A DNA stretch of 63,657 bases, the filler included, from Octopus bimaculoides (Eukaryota), in the NCBI RefSeq assembly GCF_001194135.2. It is 3 parts of 3 records of this genome, joined end to end, with 100 filler letters (N's around TTAATTAATTAA, not from the genome) between each part and the next. Parts side by side here need not be neighbours in the genome. Positions count along the whole stretch, not along the records: positions 23,154 to 39,180 come from NC_069000.1; 2 more parts are not named here. The stretch is one strand, 5' to 3'. Numbering within the stretch: position 1 is the stretch's first letter; each line of letters opens with the position of its first letter. Positions 25,780 through 38,598 of this stretch are shown here, piece by piece. A program made the position numbers and the translations under genes. The notes under the pieces were generated by a model. That model did not search any database. It saw only the letters and a program-made list of their open reading frames with translations, and was not told where the DNA came from.

Positions 25780-26347
25780 ATGCCCTGATGCAGTAACAAG
25801 CAGTGACTCTCAACGCCCTGATGCAGCATCAGGCATTTTAATTGATTGGAAGTGTTATGTACAGTGATTTTTCTTGGTATAAAAAGATGAGCTACAGCAA
25901 ATATTCTGCTCAATACCACAGATTTGCTTGTCAATTACTTAACCTTAACTAGTTGAGCATGTCCCTTAGTGATTGACGTTATGTGCATCTCTGATCATGA
26001 GCAGAGGTAGTGGGGGAGCATCATGGCCATGTGTTGAGAGGAATTCTTTGGGGTTTGGATAATTCACCTTTGAAAACATGGGTATTTTATTCAACATCCT
26101 TAAACAACCCTTAGTCAGATTTCTTTTAAGCAAGATGGGCTACTCGACCTGAAAAAAATTCTAACTGGGCCCCACCTGCAAGGTCATGCGCTGTTAGTCT
26201 TGATATGAGATCACCATGTCGCGCATGTATGTTTGTGATGCATGTGCCTAGTGTACCCTTATCAGACAAGTAGCCATGATGGGTATACTGGGCTTCGTAT
26301 ATTTGTACCCCATTGTCACTTTGATGACACACACTGCTCTCTCACTC
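25780..26347 (+). mobile_element. ~570-bp non-coding interspersed repeat ('family D') flanked by AAT repeats
   Basis: Reverse-complement partial copies lie at ~3235-3478 and 3765-3882, each bounded by (TTA)n. No long ORF. Orientation is assumed from the AAT tail. Confidence 0.7.
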
Positions 26348-26399
26348 AATAATAATAATAATGATAATAAGTGAGAGTATTGAGAGCAGAAAAAAAGGG

Positions 26400-27885
26400 A
26401 AAACAAAGAAAGAAGAACAAAAAGGACATGAAGAAGAATTACGCAAGAAGAGACTACACAATCAATTCCTTGTAGCCACAACAGAAGTTGCTGGAAAAAA
26501 TAGGTGAGATTGGCTGATGAAAGGAAACCTAGCAAAAAAGATCGGAAACACTATAACTGGCAGCGCAGGTCCAAGCTTTGGCCAGGAACTGGGGGGGTCA
26601 ACCTGAGGAATGAGCAAGTGTCCCCACTGTGCCGCATCTGCAATAGAGTGGATGGAGCCATTGCTCATATCACGAAGGAATGCCCTAGACTTGCCCCAAA
26701 CCACTACAAGTTGTAGCGACACGACCAGGTAGCGAAAGTGCTACATTGGAAACTGTGCGAAAAGTGGGGGCTAGAGAGAGGCAAGACGTGGAATGAGTAC
26801 AGAGCGCAGAGAGGGGTGGAGTCGGAGATTAGCAAAATAGTCTGGGATTTCCCAATCCAAACAGATCAGGTGCTAGAGCATAACAGCCCGGACGTAGTGG
26901 TGGAAGACAAGGTGCACGAGATGTGCTGTGTAGTTGATGTTGGATGCGCCTTTGACCCACGAATAGCCAAGATGGAAGGCGGAAAATTAGATAGATACAN
27001 NNNNNNNNNNNNNNNNNNNNNNNNNNNNNNNNNNNNNNNNNNNNNNNNNNNNNNNNNNNNNNNNNNNNNNNNNNNNNNNNNNNNNNNNNNNNNNNNNNNN
27101 NNNNNNNNNNNNNNNNNNNNNNNNNNNNNNNNNNNNNNNNNNNNNNNNNNNNNNNNNNNNNNNNNNNNNNNNNNNNNNNNNNNNNNNNNNNNNNNNNNNN
27201 NNNNNNNNNNNNNNNNNNNNNNNNNNNNNNNNNNNNNNNNNNNNNNNNNNNNNNNNNNNNNNNNNNNNNNNNNNNNNNNNNNNNNNNNNNNNNNNNNNNN
27301 NNNNNNNNNNNNNNNNNNNNNNNNNNNNNNNNNNNNNNNNNNNNNNNNNNNNNNNNNNNNNNNNNNNNNNNNNNNNNNNNNNNNNNNNNNNNNNNNNNNN
27401 NNNNNNNNNNNNNNNNNNNNNNNNNAAGGATGAAAGGCAAACCTCGGCGGAATTTGAACTCGGAACGGAGCGACAGACGAAATACCGCTATGCATTTCGT
27501 CCAGCGCGCTAACGATTCTGCCAGCTCCCTGCCTTAATATTAATAATAATGATTCTTACTGCTGGAAGCACAAGTCCTCAAATTTGTGGGGAAAGGACTA
27601 GTCAATTACATCGACCCCAGTGTTTCACTGGTACTTAATATGTCGACCCCGAAAGGATGAAAGGCAAACCTCGGCGGAATTTGAACTCGGAACGGAGCGA
27701 CAGACGAAATACCGCTAAGCATTTCGTTCGGCGCGCAAACGACTCATAATGGTTGAAGAAAATTGGAATAGAAGGCCCGGTAGAGCTTCTCCAGAAAGTT
27801 TGTCCCTTACGGACAAGAAAGATTATCAAATGCATCTTAAGTACGTGAAAGATTGTTGAAAGCTTGTGGATACCTAAGAGGAAAT
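26400..27885 (+). mobile_element. R4/Dong-like retrotransposon 3' part (CCHC knuckle + RLE), interrupted by a gap and SINE-B copies
   Basis: Peptides CRICNRVDGAIAHITKECP (C-x2-C-x8-H-x4-C), LHWKLC, VWDFPIQTD..LEHNSPDVVV and VVDVGCAFD. The C-terminus WLKKIGIEGPVELLQKVC resumes at ~27750. Confidence 0.85.
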
Positions 27886-27989
27886 AACTCACATAAATTC
27901 TAGCAGGAATAAGAACGAACTTGAGTCAAATCATCAATAATACTATTTTGGTTTGGTTCAGGTTCGGTCTTATCCTTGGTAGGATTTAT

Positions 27990-28590
27990 GGGAATAACAG
28001 GTTACTACCTCTAGCCTTAAGTATCCACAAGTTTTCAAAAGTCTTTCAAATGCTTAGAACCTTCCTGATAATCCTTACTGTCCTTAAGAGACAAACGGAC
28101 ATTCTATATCAATCTCCTCCAGCCATCTGTCAATAACTTTGCTCACTCTTCGCAACACACCAATTATTATAAGCACGACTTTTGCTGTTCACATGCTCCA
28201 TTTCTTATAGTCTTGCTGTGCCAACTTGGGGCATTGTGTCGCAATGTGTGCCACTGTCTCTTTCCAAGTTCCACAGGCTCTACATTTTAGAGAAACGTTG
28301 TCATCTGTTAATATTGATACATCGATTAGAAATCATTTTTTCTTGGTGACCTCTGATAACTATATCCGGCTTATTAGCCTTGGTTTCTCTATCTGTATGT
28401 ATGGTATATCCTAGAGTATGGTTGCTTTCTCATTTTCAGTGACATTTTCTGGGGTGTGCCTATACCACCTTTTTTCTGTTGATATTCCATAGTGTTGGCA
28501 TAGCTTCCAGTGTATATAGATTCCAGCTCTGTAGCGTCTGTGAATATATTCCTTCTTAGCCAGAACTGGACAGCTAGAGACAATATGATT
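27990..28590 (-). mobile_element. Chimeric R4/Dong-like fragment (two families joined)
   Basis: Minus-strand reading SSCPVLAKKEY..HWKLCQHYG...KANKPDIV...IDVS..DDNVSLK switches directly to CRACGTWKETVAHIATQCPKL and a second C-terminus, VRIIRKVLSI*. Confidence 0.75.
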
Positions 28591-29122
28591 TATTCTTTCT
28601 TCTCCATTACTTGACGTTCTAAAGTTATTTGTATTTCTTTTTTAAAAAAAATATGAAAGTAAAAATACATGTTGGATGTCAAAGTTGTTGTTCCGTTATT
28701 CGAATATGTTGTGTAGAATGGGTAAAGAGGCTTCTTGTCCATGGTGTGTGAATTTCGACAGGAGTTTTGTTTTTATTTTCATATTTCCCTTTATTCTTTG
28801 TATCTCTCCTTTTCCAAAAGAATTTCTTATACAATGAACTCTACTAATTCCTTCTATTTCAACTCTCTTAACTCATCTCTGATGCTGGGATATCATTATT
28901 TCCCTGAAACAGCAGTAAGACCACCTTTCTCTTTATAAATGTCCTAGAAATATCACATTGCATAGCCTTATCTTATTTTATTTAACATATATACACACAC
29001 ACACACACGACCCGTCTTAGACTCCTCACTCATGCTATTATTGAACCGAAAGTTTATGACCGGCCCTTCCATATCCTTTACATAGCCATACCTGCCTTTT
29101 GGGTCCTCTGAATACCAAAACC

Positions 29123-29309
29123 TCATTTACAAGAATTTAATTAGGGTACGGTGAATTTGAAGTCTTACAGCCGTTTTGGGGATAATCCAGGTGTCAGGTT
29201 AGATGACGGAATACCCAGTGCATGGGCACGCTAACCTACCACTTGGATTATCCAGAAACGGCTGTAAGACTTCAGATTCACCTTACCCTAATTAAATTTT
29301 TCTAAATGA
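29123..29309. repeat. ~187-bp near-perfect hairpin (MITE-like)
   Basis: Arms aatttaattagggta.ggtgaat.tgaagtcttacagccgttt..ggataatcca.gtg are ~70 bp inverted with ~90% complementarity around a short loop. Confidence 0.8.
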
Positions 29310-29497
29310 CTTGAGATACTCGTTCTGCCTTGGTTTTGATTTTTCCCTCTAATATAATATATACCTGGTATAACGAAACCCTAACACGGATCCCTTAGAT
29401 CCAGCCTTAGCTGTGATCTTGGGACAACTACAGCACTTACCCAGCATACTTATTTGTTTAGACCACAAGATCACAAATGAAATAAACCGCTCGCATT

Positions 29498-29543
<46 letters not shown>

Positions 29544-29587
29544 AAGAGAGAGGGGGAGAGAGAGAGAGGGAGAGAGANNNNNNNNNN

Positions 29588-29636
<49 letters not shown>

Positions 29637-29994
29637 GGTAGACAGACAGGCAGATAGAAAGATCAATATATACAGTACACACACACTCACGTACACACAC
29701 TAAACATTCATGATCAGAATTCGTCCAACAGCGAGGATCATGATAGTCCCCAAACAATAAGTTTAAAATTCGCAACTGCGACATATTCTCTATCATAAAC
29801 AATGAGCTACGTTTAAGACCACGCTATACACTATACAAATCATATAATACTTTTTTAGGAAATGACTTGTCACTTTTCTGTAAGTAGTAAACACGACGTA
29901 TGTATGTATGTATGTATGTATGTATGTATGTATGTATGTATGTATGTATGTATGTATGTACGTGCGTCTGTCTGTTTGTCTGTATGCATGTATA

Positions 29995-30260
29995 TCATTA
30001 TTCAGTTTTATTTCAAGATAGCTTGCCAGTAGTGAAAGAGTCGGTTTCTAACCTAGATTCGAGGCTCCTTCATTGAAATTTCAAAATCAACATCAGAGTA
30101 TATATGCTTGTATGTATGTATGTATGTATGTATCTATCTATCTATCTATGTATATGTGAAGATTTGTATGTTTTGTTTTATGTATATCTTCTCATGCATA
30201 TAGTTGCATATCTAGACATGCTCAGATATACTTCAATGATAAACTTCCGGGAGGTTCTGC
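29995..30260 (-). mobile_element. 3' UTR copy of the 7456-8063 RLE element
   Basis: Reverse-complement match (tcattattcagtttatttcaagat...ggtttctaacctagat...ccttcattg), adjacent to (TATG)n. Confidence 0.8.
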
Positions 30261-30777
30261 AAAAAACAAGAGTAAGAGAAGAAAACATACCATCTCGACT
30301 ATGCTTCTGTTTCACAATGGTATGTTTTCTTCTCTTACTCTTGTTTTTTGCAAACATTTTCAAAATGACTTTCTAAAATGAAATTCCATTATGCAGCTGA
30401 GGAGTACATTTTCATTGTACATTCTGTGGTGTTCTCACTACATGAATAAATGGAGCTTGTACGAAACGTACGTACTGCTATAACCTATTGAATTTTTGTT
30501 GCTTATCTTCAAATTTTATTCACCAAATCTCTTGATTTTGTTTTTGGTTTTTATCCTACCAAATTCTGGTGCCTCAAACATTTTAAGTACCACATTTAAT
30601 CTTTTGATTAAATCTATATTATTATATATNNNNNNNNNNNNNNNNNNNNNNNNNNNNNNNNNNNNNNNNNNNNNNNNNNNNNNNNNNNNNNNNNNNNNNN
30701 NNNNNNNNNNNNNNNNNNNNNNNNNNNNNNNNNNNNNNNNNNNNNNNNNNNNNNNNNNNNNNNNNNNNNNNNNNNNN

Positions 30778-31610
30778 GGGCATATGATTTTTGAACGCAC
30801 CGCAAAGCTGTCAGTAGATACTCTCTCCTTTACAGCGGTCGGCGCTGCGTCTAATACGACCCATCGTCTGAAGATTTGACACCTCCTTCAGGTTTGTTGT
30901 CCTGCATCACTCATAAAGTAAATTTGGAGGAACTGTGGTTGTTCATTTGTGAGTAACAAGGAAGCAATGCGGTGACAGACTTGCCCTTGAACTTTGAACG
31001 TCGGTGAAAATCCATGTTCAACTTTCTCCTTGGATGCACCAAACATTTGAAATACAGAGTTGTATTGTTTGATATTGTTCAGAAAATCCTTTGACTGGAT
31101 GGATGGAAATGCCTTCCAGAAGATCCTGTAGTATTCCTTTGCTGATCTTGAGAAAGTCTCATCTCGCTTCTGTTTTGAAACTCCAATTAATGTGCTGCCG
31201 CATGCGTTTGCTGATCTCGATAATGTCTCATCTCCCTTCTCTGTGCTGCCGCATGCGTTTGCTGATCTTGAGAAAGACTCATCTCTCTTTTGTCTTGGGA
31301 TGACTCTCACCTTCGGTTTTTTTACAATCCTCTTCGCTTTATACTTGTTTCTGGAGAGATTACATCTTTTCTTTGGTGGCATATCTTTTTTTCAATATTG
31401 TTAACAAAAAATTATCAGCATAGAAAAAATTGTACATGAATCTCTATTTTTGTAAGCAGTTGTATATATGTAGTATGTGTTTATTTTTGCATGCAGTATA
31501 AATTAACCAAATATAAGCAAATTAACCAAATAGAAACATGTACGAACTGCTAATTTAACGTCATATGTCACAATAATTATAATAGATAAGTTTCTTAATA
31601 TATATATAAT
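30778..31610 (-). mobile_element. Helitron 5' fragment (Helitron_like_N region)
   Basis: ORF 30888-31382 contains FLNNIKQYNSVFQM, GFSPTFKVQGQVCHRIASLL and PQFLQIYF, the conserved N-terminal block of Helitron Rep/helicase. Upstream are repeated RDE.FSRSANACGS units. Confidence 0.8.
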
Positions 31611-32185
31611 TTTTAAATCTTCGGGATTTTTTTTAATATGCTAGACCACTGGTTTAAATTGATGTCGATTGATATCAATTTATACTCTCATTANNNNNNN
31701 NNNNNNNNNNNNNNNNNNNNNNNNNNNNNNNNNNNNNNNNNNNNNNNNNNNNNNNNNNNNNNNNNNNNNNNNNNNNNNNNNNNNNNNNNNNNNNNNNNNN
31801 NNNNNNNNNNNNNNNNNNNNNNNNNNNNNNNNNNNNNNNNNNNNNNNNNNNNNNNNNNNNNNNNNNNNNNNNNNNNNNNNNNNNNNNNNNNNNNNNNNNN
31901 NNNNNNNNNNNNNNNNNNNNNNNNNNNNNNNNNNNNNNNNNNNNNNNNNNNNNNNNNNNNNNNNNNNNNNNNNNNNNNNNNNNNNNNNNNNNNNNNNNNN
32001 NNNNNNNNNNNNNNNNNNNNNNNNNNNNNNNNNNNNNNNNNNNNNNNNNNNNNNNNNNNNNNNNNNNNNNNNNNNNNNNNNNNNNNNNNNNNNNNNNNNN
32101 NNNNNNNNNNNNNNNNNNNNNNNNNNNNNNNNNNNNNNNNNNNNNNNNNNNNNNNNNNNNNNNNNNNNNNNNNNNNNNNNNNNNN

Positions 32186-32252
<67 letters not shown>

Positions 32253-35200
32253 TAAGTACATGTATTAAATGTCAATTAAGGGTAAATATGTAGTTGTAAA
32301 TATATTGCAACCTTGCAACTGCTTCGATAATTATTAACTGGTAATTAATTCTATAATTAATATACCTTAGTATTTTGTTTTTTACTATTAAGCCTATTTC
32401 CATTCTAACTAGGTTTAAAAGTCTACAGGTGATCTTATTACCTAAGTTAAATTTCTGATCTTATAAAGTTATGAAAGCTTCCCTTTTAGCTAAATATCAA
32501 TTATATTTAGCCTAACATTGATTTTATTTCGTTTGACAAAGAATTTCGCCTCATCATTAATGTTATATTTTCTATGTTGTGAGGTTACAATAAGGAAGCA
32601 ACCTAAGATGTATATAGTTATTGATTTCTTACAGATTATTTATCTAATGAGAAAATAAGAACAGCGATTTAAACTTTTTGAAGTTTGTTATATTTTAGCT
32701 TAACTTGGAAACGTTTATAGTAGTTGTGGAATTTAATGCCAGCTCCTACATCTAGACGGTCGGATTCCAAAGGAGCTAAAACTTACACATTGTGCCTATT
32801 TATGTGTCTTTAAGTCATAGTTTTTCGTGACAGTGGATCTTTGCTCAGCACAAAATTATAAAGTCAAGGCCTTCAATCGCAGGCCACCTGAATTACTTTA
32901 TTAAGAATATACCTATACCACCTATCAACCTATATATTAAAGTGCTTCTTGAGAAAGCCGAATACTTGGTGAGATGCATGCAATAGAAACCTTTTAGAGG
33001 CATGAAACATGTAGCTTGCATTTAAATCATGTCTGTATTAAATATGTCTCTTATTGGATGCTGAATGGACTGGAACAATGTGAAATCAAATGTTTTGTTT
33101 CATAACACAATGTTTTGCCCGGTTTAGAAATCGAAATCATAACTATGAATCCAACATGCTAACCACGTGCCTCAATTTTGGTATTTATTATATATATATA
33201 TATATATATATATAATACCAAAAAGAACACAAAAAACAACGCGAGGACGAGTACATGTAAAGTATTATCAGACGCTCAGGGAAGGAAAGAAAGATAGTTT
33301 AACGTTTCGGGCCGACGCTCTTTTTCGGAATAGAAGNNNNNNNNNNNNNNNNNNNNNNNNNNNNNNNNNNNNNNNNNNNNNNNNNNNNNNNNNNNNNNNN
33401 NNNNNNNNNNNNNNNNNNNNNNNNNNNNNNNNNNNNNNNNNNNNNNNNNNNNNNNNNNNNNNNNNNNNNNNNNNNNNNNNNNNNNNNNNNNNNNNNNNNN
33501 NNNNNNNNNNNNNNNNNNNNNNNNNNNNNNNNNNNNNNNNNNNNNNNNNNNNNNNNNNNNNNNNNNNNNNNNNNNNNNNNNNNNNNNNNNNNNNNNNNNN
33601 NNNNNNNNNNNNNNNNNNNNNNNNNNNNNNNNNNNNNNNNNNNNNNNNNNNNNNNNNNNNNNNNNNNNNNNNNNNNNNNNNNNNNNNNNNNNNNNNNNNN
33701 NNNNNNNNNNNNNNNNNNNNNNNNNNNNNNNNNNNNNNNNNNNNNNNNNNNNNNNNNNNNNNNNNNNNNNNNNNNNNNNNNNNNNNNNNNNNNNNNNNNN
33801 NNNNNNNNNNNNNNNNNNNNNNNNNNNNNNNNNNNNNNNNNNNNNNNNNNNNNNNNNNNNNNNNNNNNNNNNNNNNNNNNNNNNNNNNNNNNNNNNNNNN
33901 NNNNNNNNNNNNNNNNNNNNNNNNNNNNNNNNNNNNNNNNNNNNNNNNNNNNNNNNNNNNNNNNNNNNNNNNNNNNNNNNNNNNNNNNNNNNNNNNNNNN
34001 NNNNNNNNNNNNNGTTATACCCCCCCTCCGTTGTTATACCCCCCCTCCGTTGTAGCCGAGCAGGCAAGAATCTTCCTGTTTGTCGTTGTGCGAAGAGTTA
34101 TATATTGATTTTGATGTATTGTTTGTTGTTGTTTTCTATCTTTTACCGTCAACAGTTATTTCTAAGGCAACAAACATGGCTGCTGGTTAAGACCTATACC
34201 CACAGCACTTCTATCATCAACCCTTGTACTATAAATGTACTTGGAAAAGATTGTATTTCAGCAAAGAGCTTACATGGCTGCTACTGTGGCTGCTGTAGAT
34301 GTTTATATTTTTTGCTTTCTTTCATGGATACCACTAATTACCTTCATTGAAACCGTTTACGTAACACCACCACCACCAACAGCAACAACAAAATGAAGAA
34401 CAAAATCGAAACAAAAAGCAAAATAAACAACGGTAATGATTATAATAATGATGATAAAAATAATGCTTAATAATATAACAATAAAACAATAGACATCAAT
34501 ACACAAGTTGTTCTAGCCAGTAATAGTCACAGTTCATAATTAACCCAATACAAGGTCAGCGGAATAAAAAAAAATCAAAAGAAATAAAACCGTAACAACC
34601 TTTTGAGTTCAATAACTAAAGACAGTAACTGAAAGGGTATATTTACCACATGCACGCACACACACGCACACACGCGCGCTCACATACACACACACGCATG
34701 CACACACATACATATTTACAGATAATCAATAAGCTGTGGCATACAGTCTAGAACTTGGAAGTGAGTTCAAGGAATAGTTTATACAGTTTATGAAGACATA
34801 GGGTTTAGTAGACAAGTGGAAAGAGAAATGAAATATGGATCTAGAACCAGGATAATTTTTGTTTGTCAGTTATGACTCTATTTGAACTTAAGGACCTAAA
34901 TACCTGAATATACATACATGCATATACATATTACACTAATATATATATCTATGAAGCATACATATGTTTATGTATGTATGTATTTATGTATATACATATA
35001 TATTTATATGTGTGTGAGGGTGTGTGTGCGTGTATGTGTGTGTAGGGATCCAAAGAATCAAACGTATCTCACATTTAACTTCTCACCAAATTGCATGCCT
35101 AAGAAGAATGACCTCTGTTGACGTTAAGGTAAACCTGAAAATACAAAATCGTTGTGAAAATACAGAAGATACAATGGTGGAGAGAATGTGTATGAAAAGA

Positions 35201-35346
35201 AAAGATTAGAGAAGTGAGTTGAGAGAATAGATCTTTACTCCATTCGCTTACAGCTTTTTCATACTCTTGTTAGCTATATGATAGATGTTACATCAACATT
35301 CTCACATGCATAAGGTATACATATAAATATATATGCGTGTGTACAC

Positions 35347-35393
<47 letters not shown>

Positions 35394-35619
35394 AGTATGC
35401 TGAGAAGTGAGCTAACAAACTAATCTTCAGAAGGATTCATGGTAGACCAATACACTAACTCTACACAGAGAGTAAGCTGACCCAATACACACAGGTGATA
35501 CCTGTATTTGGCAGTTACCATTTATGATTTGCTTTAAAAGAAACAATAGTCATACATTAATACAAATTCTGAAGAAAGAAGCAGTAGATAACAATAAAGT
35601 AAAAGAAAAAAAAACATGA

Positions 35620-37770
35620 ATGTGAGGTCTTCAATTTTTGGAAAGTAGTCTTGGCACATTTATCAATTTCCATCCTGATGTCATCACTGGATATTTTCAC
35701 TGTACGTAATAGGCCTTCAAGCTCATTATATAGCCTTTGCCATAAAATTTTAAGTCATTCATATAAGATAGTCTTATTTTCTTGCTGTTAATTTTATGTC
35801 ATACCATGCTCTGTTAAGCTCACTTGTAAGAGATATTAGGGCTATGCAAAAAATTAGAGGTGAAAGTGAGTCAAACTTGGAAAATGTCACAGTTGATATT
35901 AATATTGTTTGAAGTCATTACTCTATTAGTGTGATATAACTGGAGATTTGTATTCCACACTCACATGCGCTTTAGGAAGTTTAAAATCACAGGATAAATT
36001 TTGAAGATATCCAGCGATTTCAAGATCCATAAATGCGGTATCTTGTGAAAGACCTTTCTATAATCAGTCCATGGGAAACTGAAATTTCTGTGTTTGTTAT
36101 GACAGTTTTCAAGGATCAATGGATTGATTAGGTGTTGATCTTTGCATCCATATGAGCCTCGGTTGCACCCTTTTTGTTCAATGGGGAAAATATCATTCAG
36201 TTCCATAAAGGCGTATGTTTTCTCCGCAAGGATGGATGTTAAAATTTTATACGTAGCAGATAGACAGGTTATGGGCCGATAGTTTTGGAGAAATTTGGTT
36301 TCATTATTCTTGGAAGTAGATATGTAAGACCACTTGCTAGACAATTAGGTATTTTCGTAGGATCTCTCATAATTCCATTGAATAGCTGAACTCTTTTTTT
36401 TTTGTACGCATGGGAGTGATGCGAGCCAGAAATTATGTACCTTATCATCACCAGGGGATTTCACTTATGAGCCTTCGTGAGTGTCATCGCCAGGTCTGCT
36501 ATTATGATGTCTTCCCATGCTTGTTCTGGTAACTTTTGGTAGGATCCTTACGTGCGTCTAATTCAGTCTGCATTTTTATTGTAAGTCTTTTCATCACTCC
36601 AAATATTTTTCCAAAAGTTTTCAATGGTTATGAGAGGGAGATCTTCAATGGTTATTTTCTCTTCTTTTTCTTCAGAATGTTTTTGCGTTGGATGTGAACA
36701 GCATATTTTACCTGTAAAATTTGTTTCTCTACTCAAATCTTCGTATTGAGTTTTTTTGCTTGGAGTTTTTGTTGCAGTGTTTCTTTGAAAGCAGTTCTTT
36801 CCTTCGTGAGAATCTGTTTTCTCTTCATCTTTCTTCCTTTTCTGGATCTTGCATCGTTTCCACAGATTAGTTAATTTAATATTGATATTTCACTTCTTAT
36901 TAATTTTTGAATTTTACTTCTCTAGTTTGGAAGTCTTCCCAAGTTTGTATTTTTTTTTTTTTTTTTGGTTTCTTCGGAGGCATACAACTGGTTTTGTCTT
37001 AGTAGATGCGTAAAGGGTTTCATTTAACTCAATGTGATCAGATTTTAATTATTGTATGATTTCTTTTGTTGCATAGTTGCCAATTTAAATTTTCTTTTTA
37101 TTTGGGATTGCATTTGAGTTTATAAAGTGGTTCTCTATCATGCATATTTGCATATCTTACAATTTCAAGCTTATGCAGAATTTTCTGCTTTATTTCTATC
37201 ATAGACTCTCTGTGGTCTTAAGCAAATGTGTGGTCTTCAAATACTGTTTCTTTACCATTATCTGGCTGCTATCTTTATCACGTTCATTACAAACTATCTC
37301 TTCACACATTTGCGTGTTCTAGTCAGATGGCAGTCTTTCAATTGAAACTCGTTGCACAGTTGCTCTCTTCATCTGATTCTTCATTTCCTCCTTTCTGCCT
37401 TATATTTAGGTTATTTTCCGATGCGTGCTTGATCGTAGTTATTTCACTATCTGTGAGTCTATTATTTCTAAAGATATCCCTCCTAATATTTGCTAACTTG
37501 TTGTCGTCTTGATTTTGTATTTTCCATATGTGATGAGAGTGCGTGGTGTTTCTCTTCAGATGGCCTACCTAATGCTTATAACTAATACGTAAATAACTTC
37601 TGTATACTATCCTCAGGTCCATTTGATCCTCTTACATTTTTCTTTTTGTGGTAGTTGTGACGGTGAACTTGGCGGACTCGAGTTGGGATAGTTCCATTTT
37701 AAGTGACCATACAGGTTTGTATTCAGGGAGGAGTTTGTGCCAGTGGAAGACTTTTCGACTCAAGGCTGGC
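35620..37770 (-). mobile_element. R4/Dong-like retrotransposon, N-terminal region and decayed RT
   Basis: ORF 35961-36344 (NYRPITCLSATYKILT, EQKGC..GSYGCKDQ) continues with frameshifts into DSLSPLIFCIAL and YMND (decayed YMDD). It may extend past the gap to ~38500. Confidence 0.85.
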
Positions 37771-37991
37771 TCTCTCTCTCTCTCTCTCTCTCNNNNNNNN
37801 NNNNNNNNNNNNNNNNNNNNNNNNNNNNNNNNNNNNNNNNNNNNNNNNNNNNNNNNNNNNNNNNNNNNNNNNNNNNNNNNNNNNNNNNNNNNNNNNNNNN
37901 NNNNNNNNNNNNNNNNNNNNNNNNNNNNNNNNNNNNNNNNNNNNNNNNNNNNNNNNNNNNNNNNNNNNNNNNNNNNNNNNNNNNNNNNNNN

Positions 37992-38035
<44 letters not shown>

Positions 38036-38598
38036 GCACGCGCTTCTAGATTAATCACAGGACAAGCGATTTGGTGTACTGTTTTAATTTTCCTTTTTTG
38101 TTTATAAGACATTTTTGCGCTAAATTAACATTACTGGTGTTGAGCCCCGTGTGGCTGATGTAGAAACGGTTATTATCTCTGCCCCTAATGTCAATTCCGG
38201 CATTGTTACCGTTTCAATTTTACCATGCCGTGACAGTAGCAGTGGTCATCGTTAGTTACCACCAATACAGCCGTACTCTCTATTCTTGTGGCTACCCTTT
38301 GTAGCCATGGCAACAGTGTAGCCGTTACCACCGTTGTTATGAACCGCTGCAGAATTTTCTTCAGTCTGCCAGCTTTGCTCCAACCACTATGTAGTATTAT
38401 TAAATGCTGTTCGTAGTTTCGACTTTTGCCTTGTGCTTCAGATAATCATAAATACGTGAGGGTTGGGGGTAGGGGTAGGGGGAACCGAAAGGGCTTAGTG
38501 GACACACAGTCAAATACCACCTGCCTATAAATAGGCTCAACAGATACTGACAAAGAGATTGACAATGGAGCCTTCGCACCCGTGTACGATAAAAAAAA

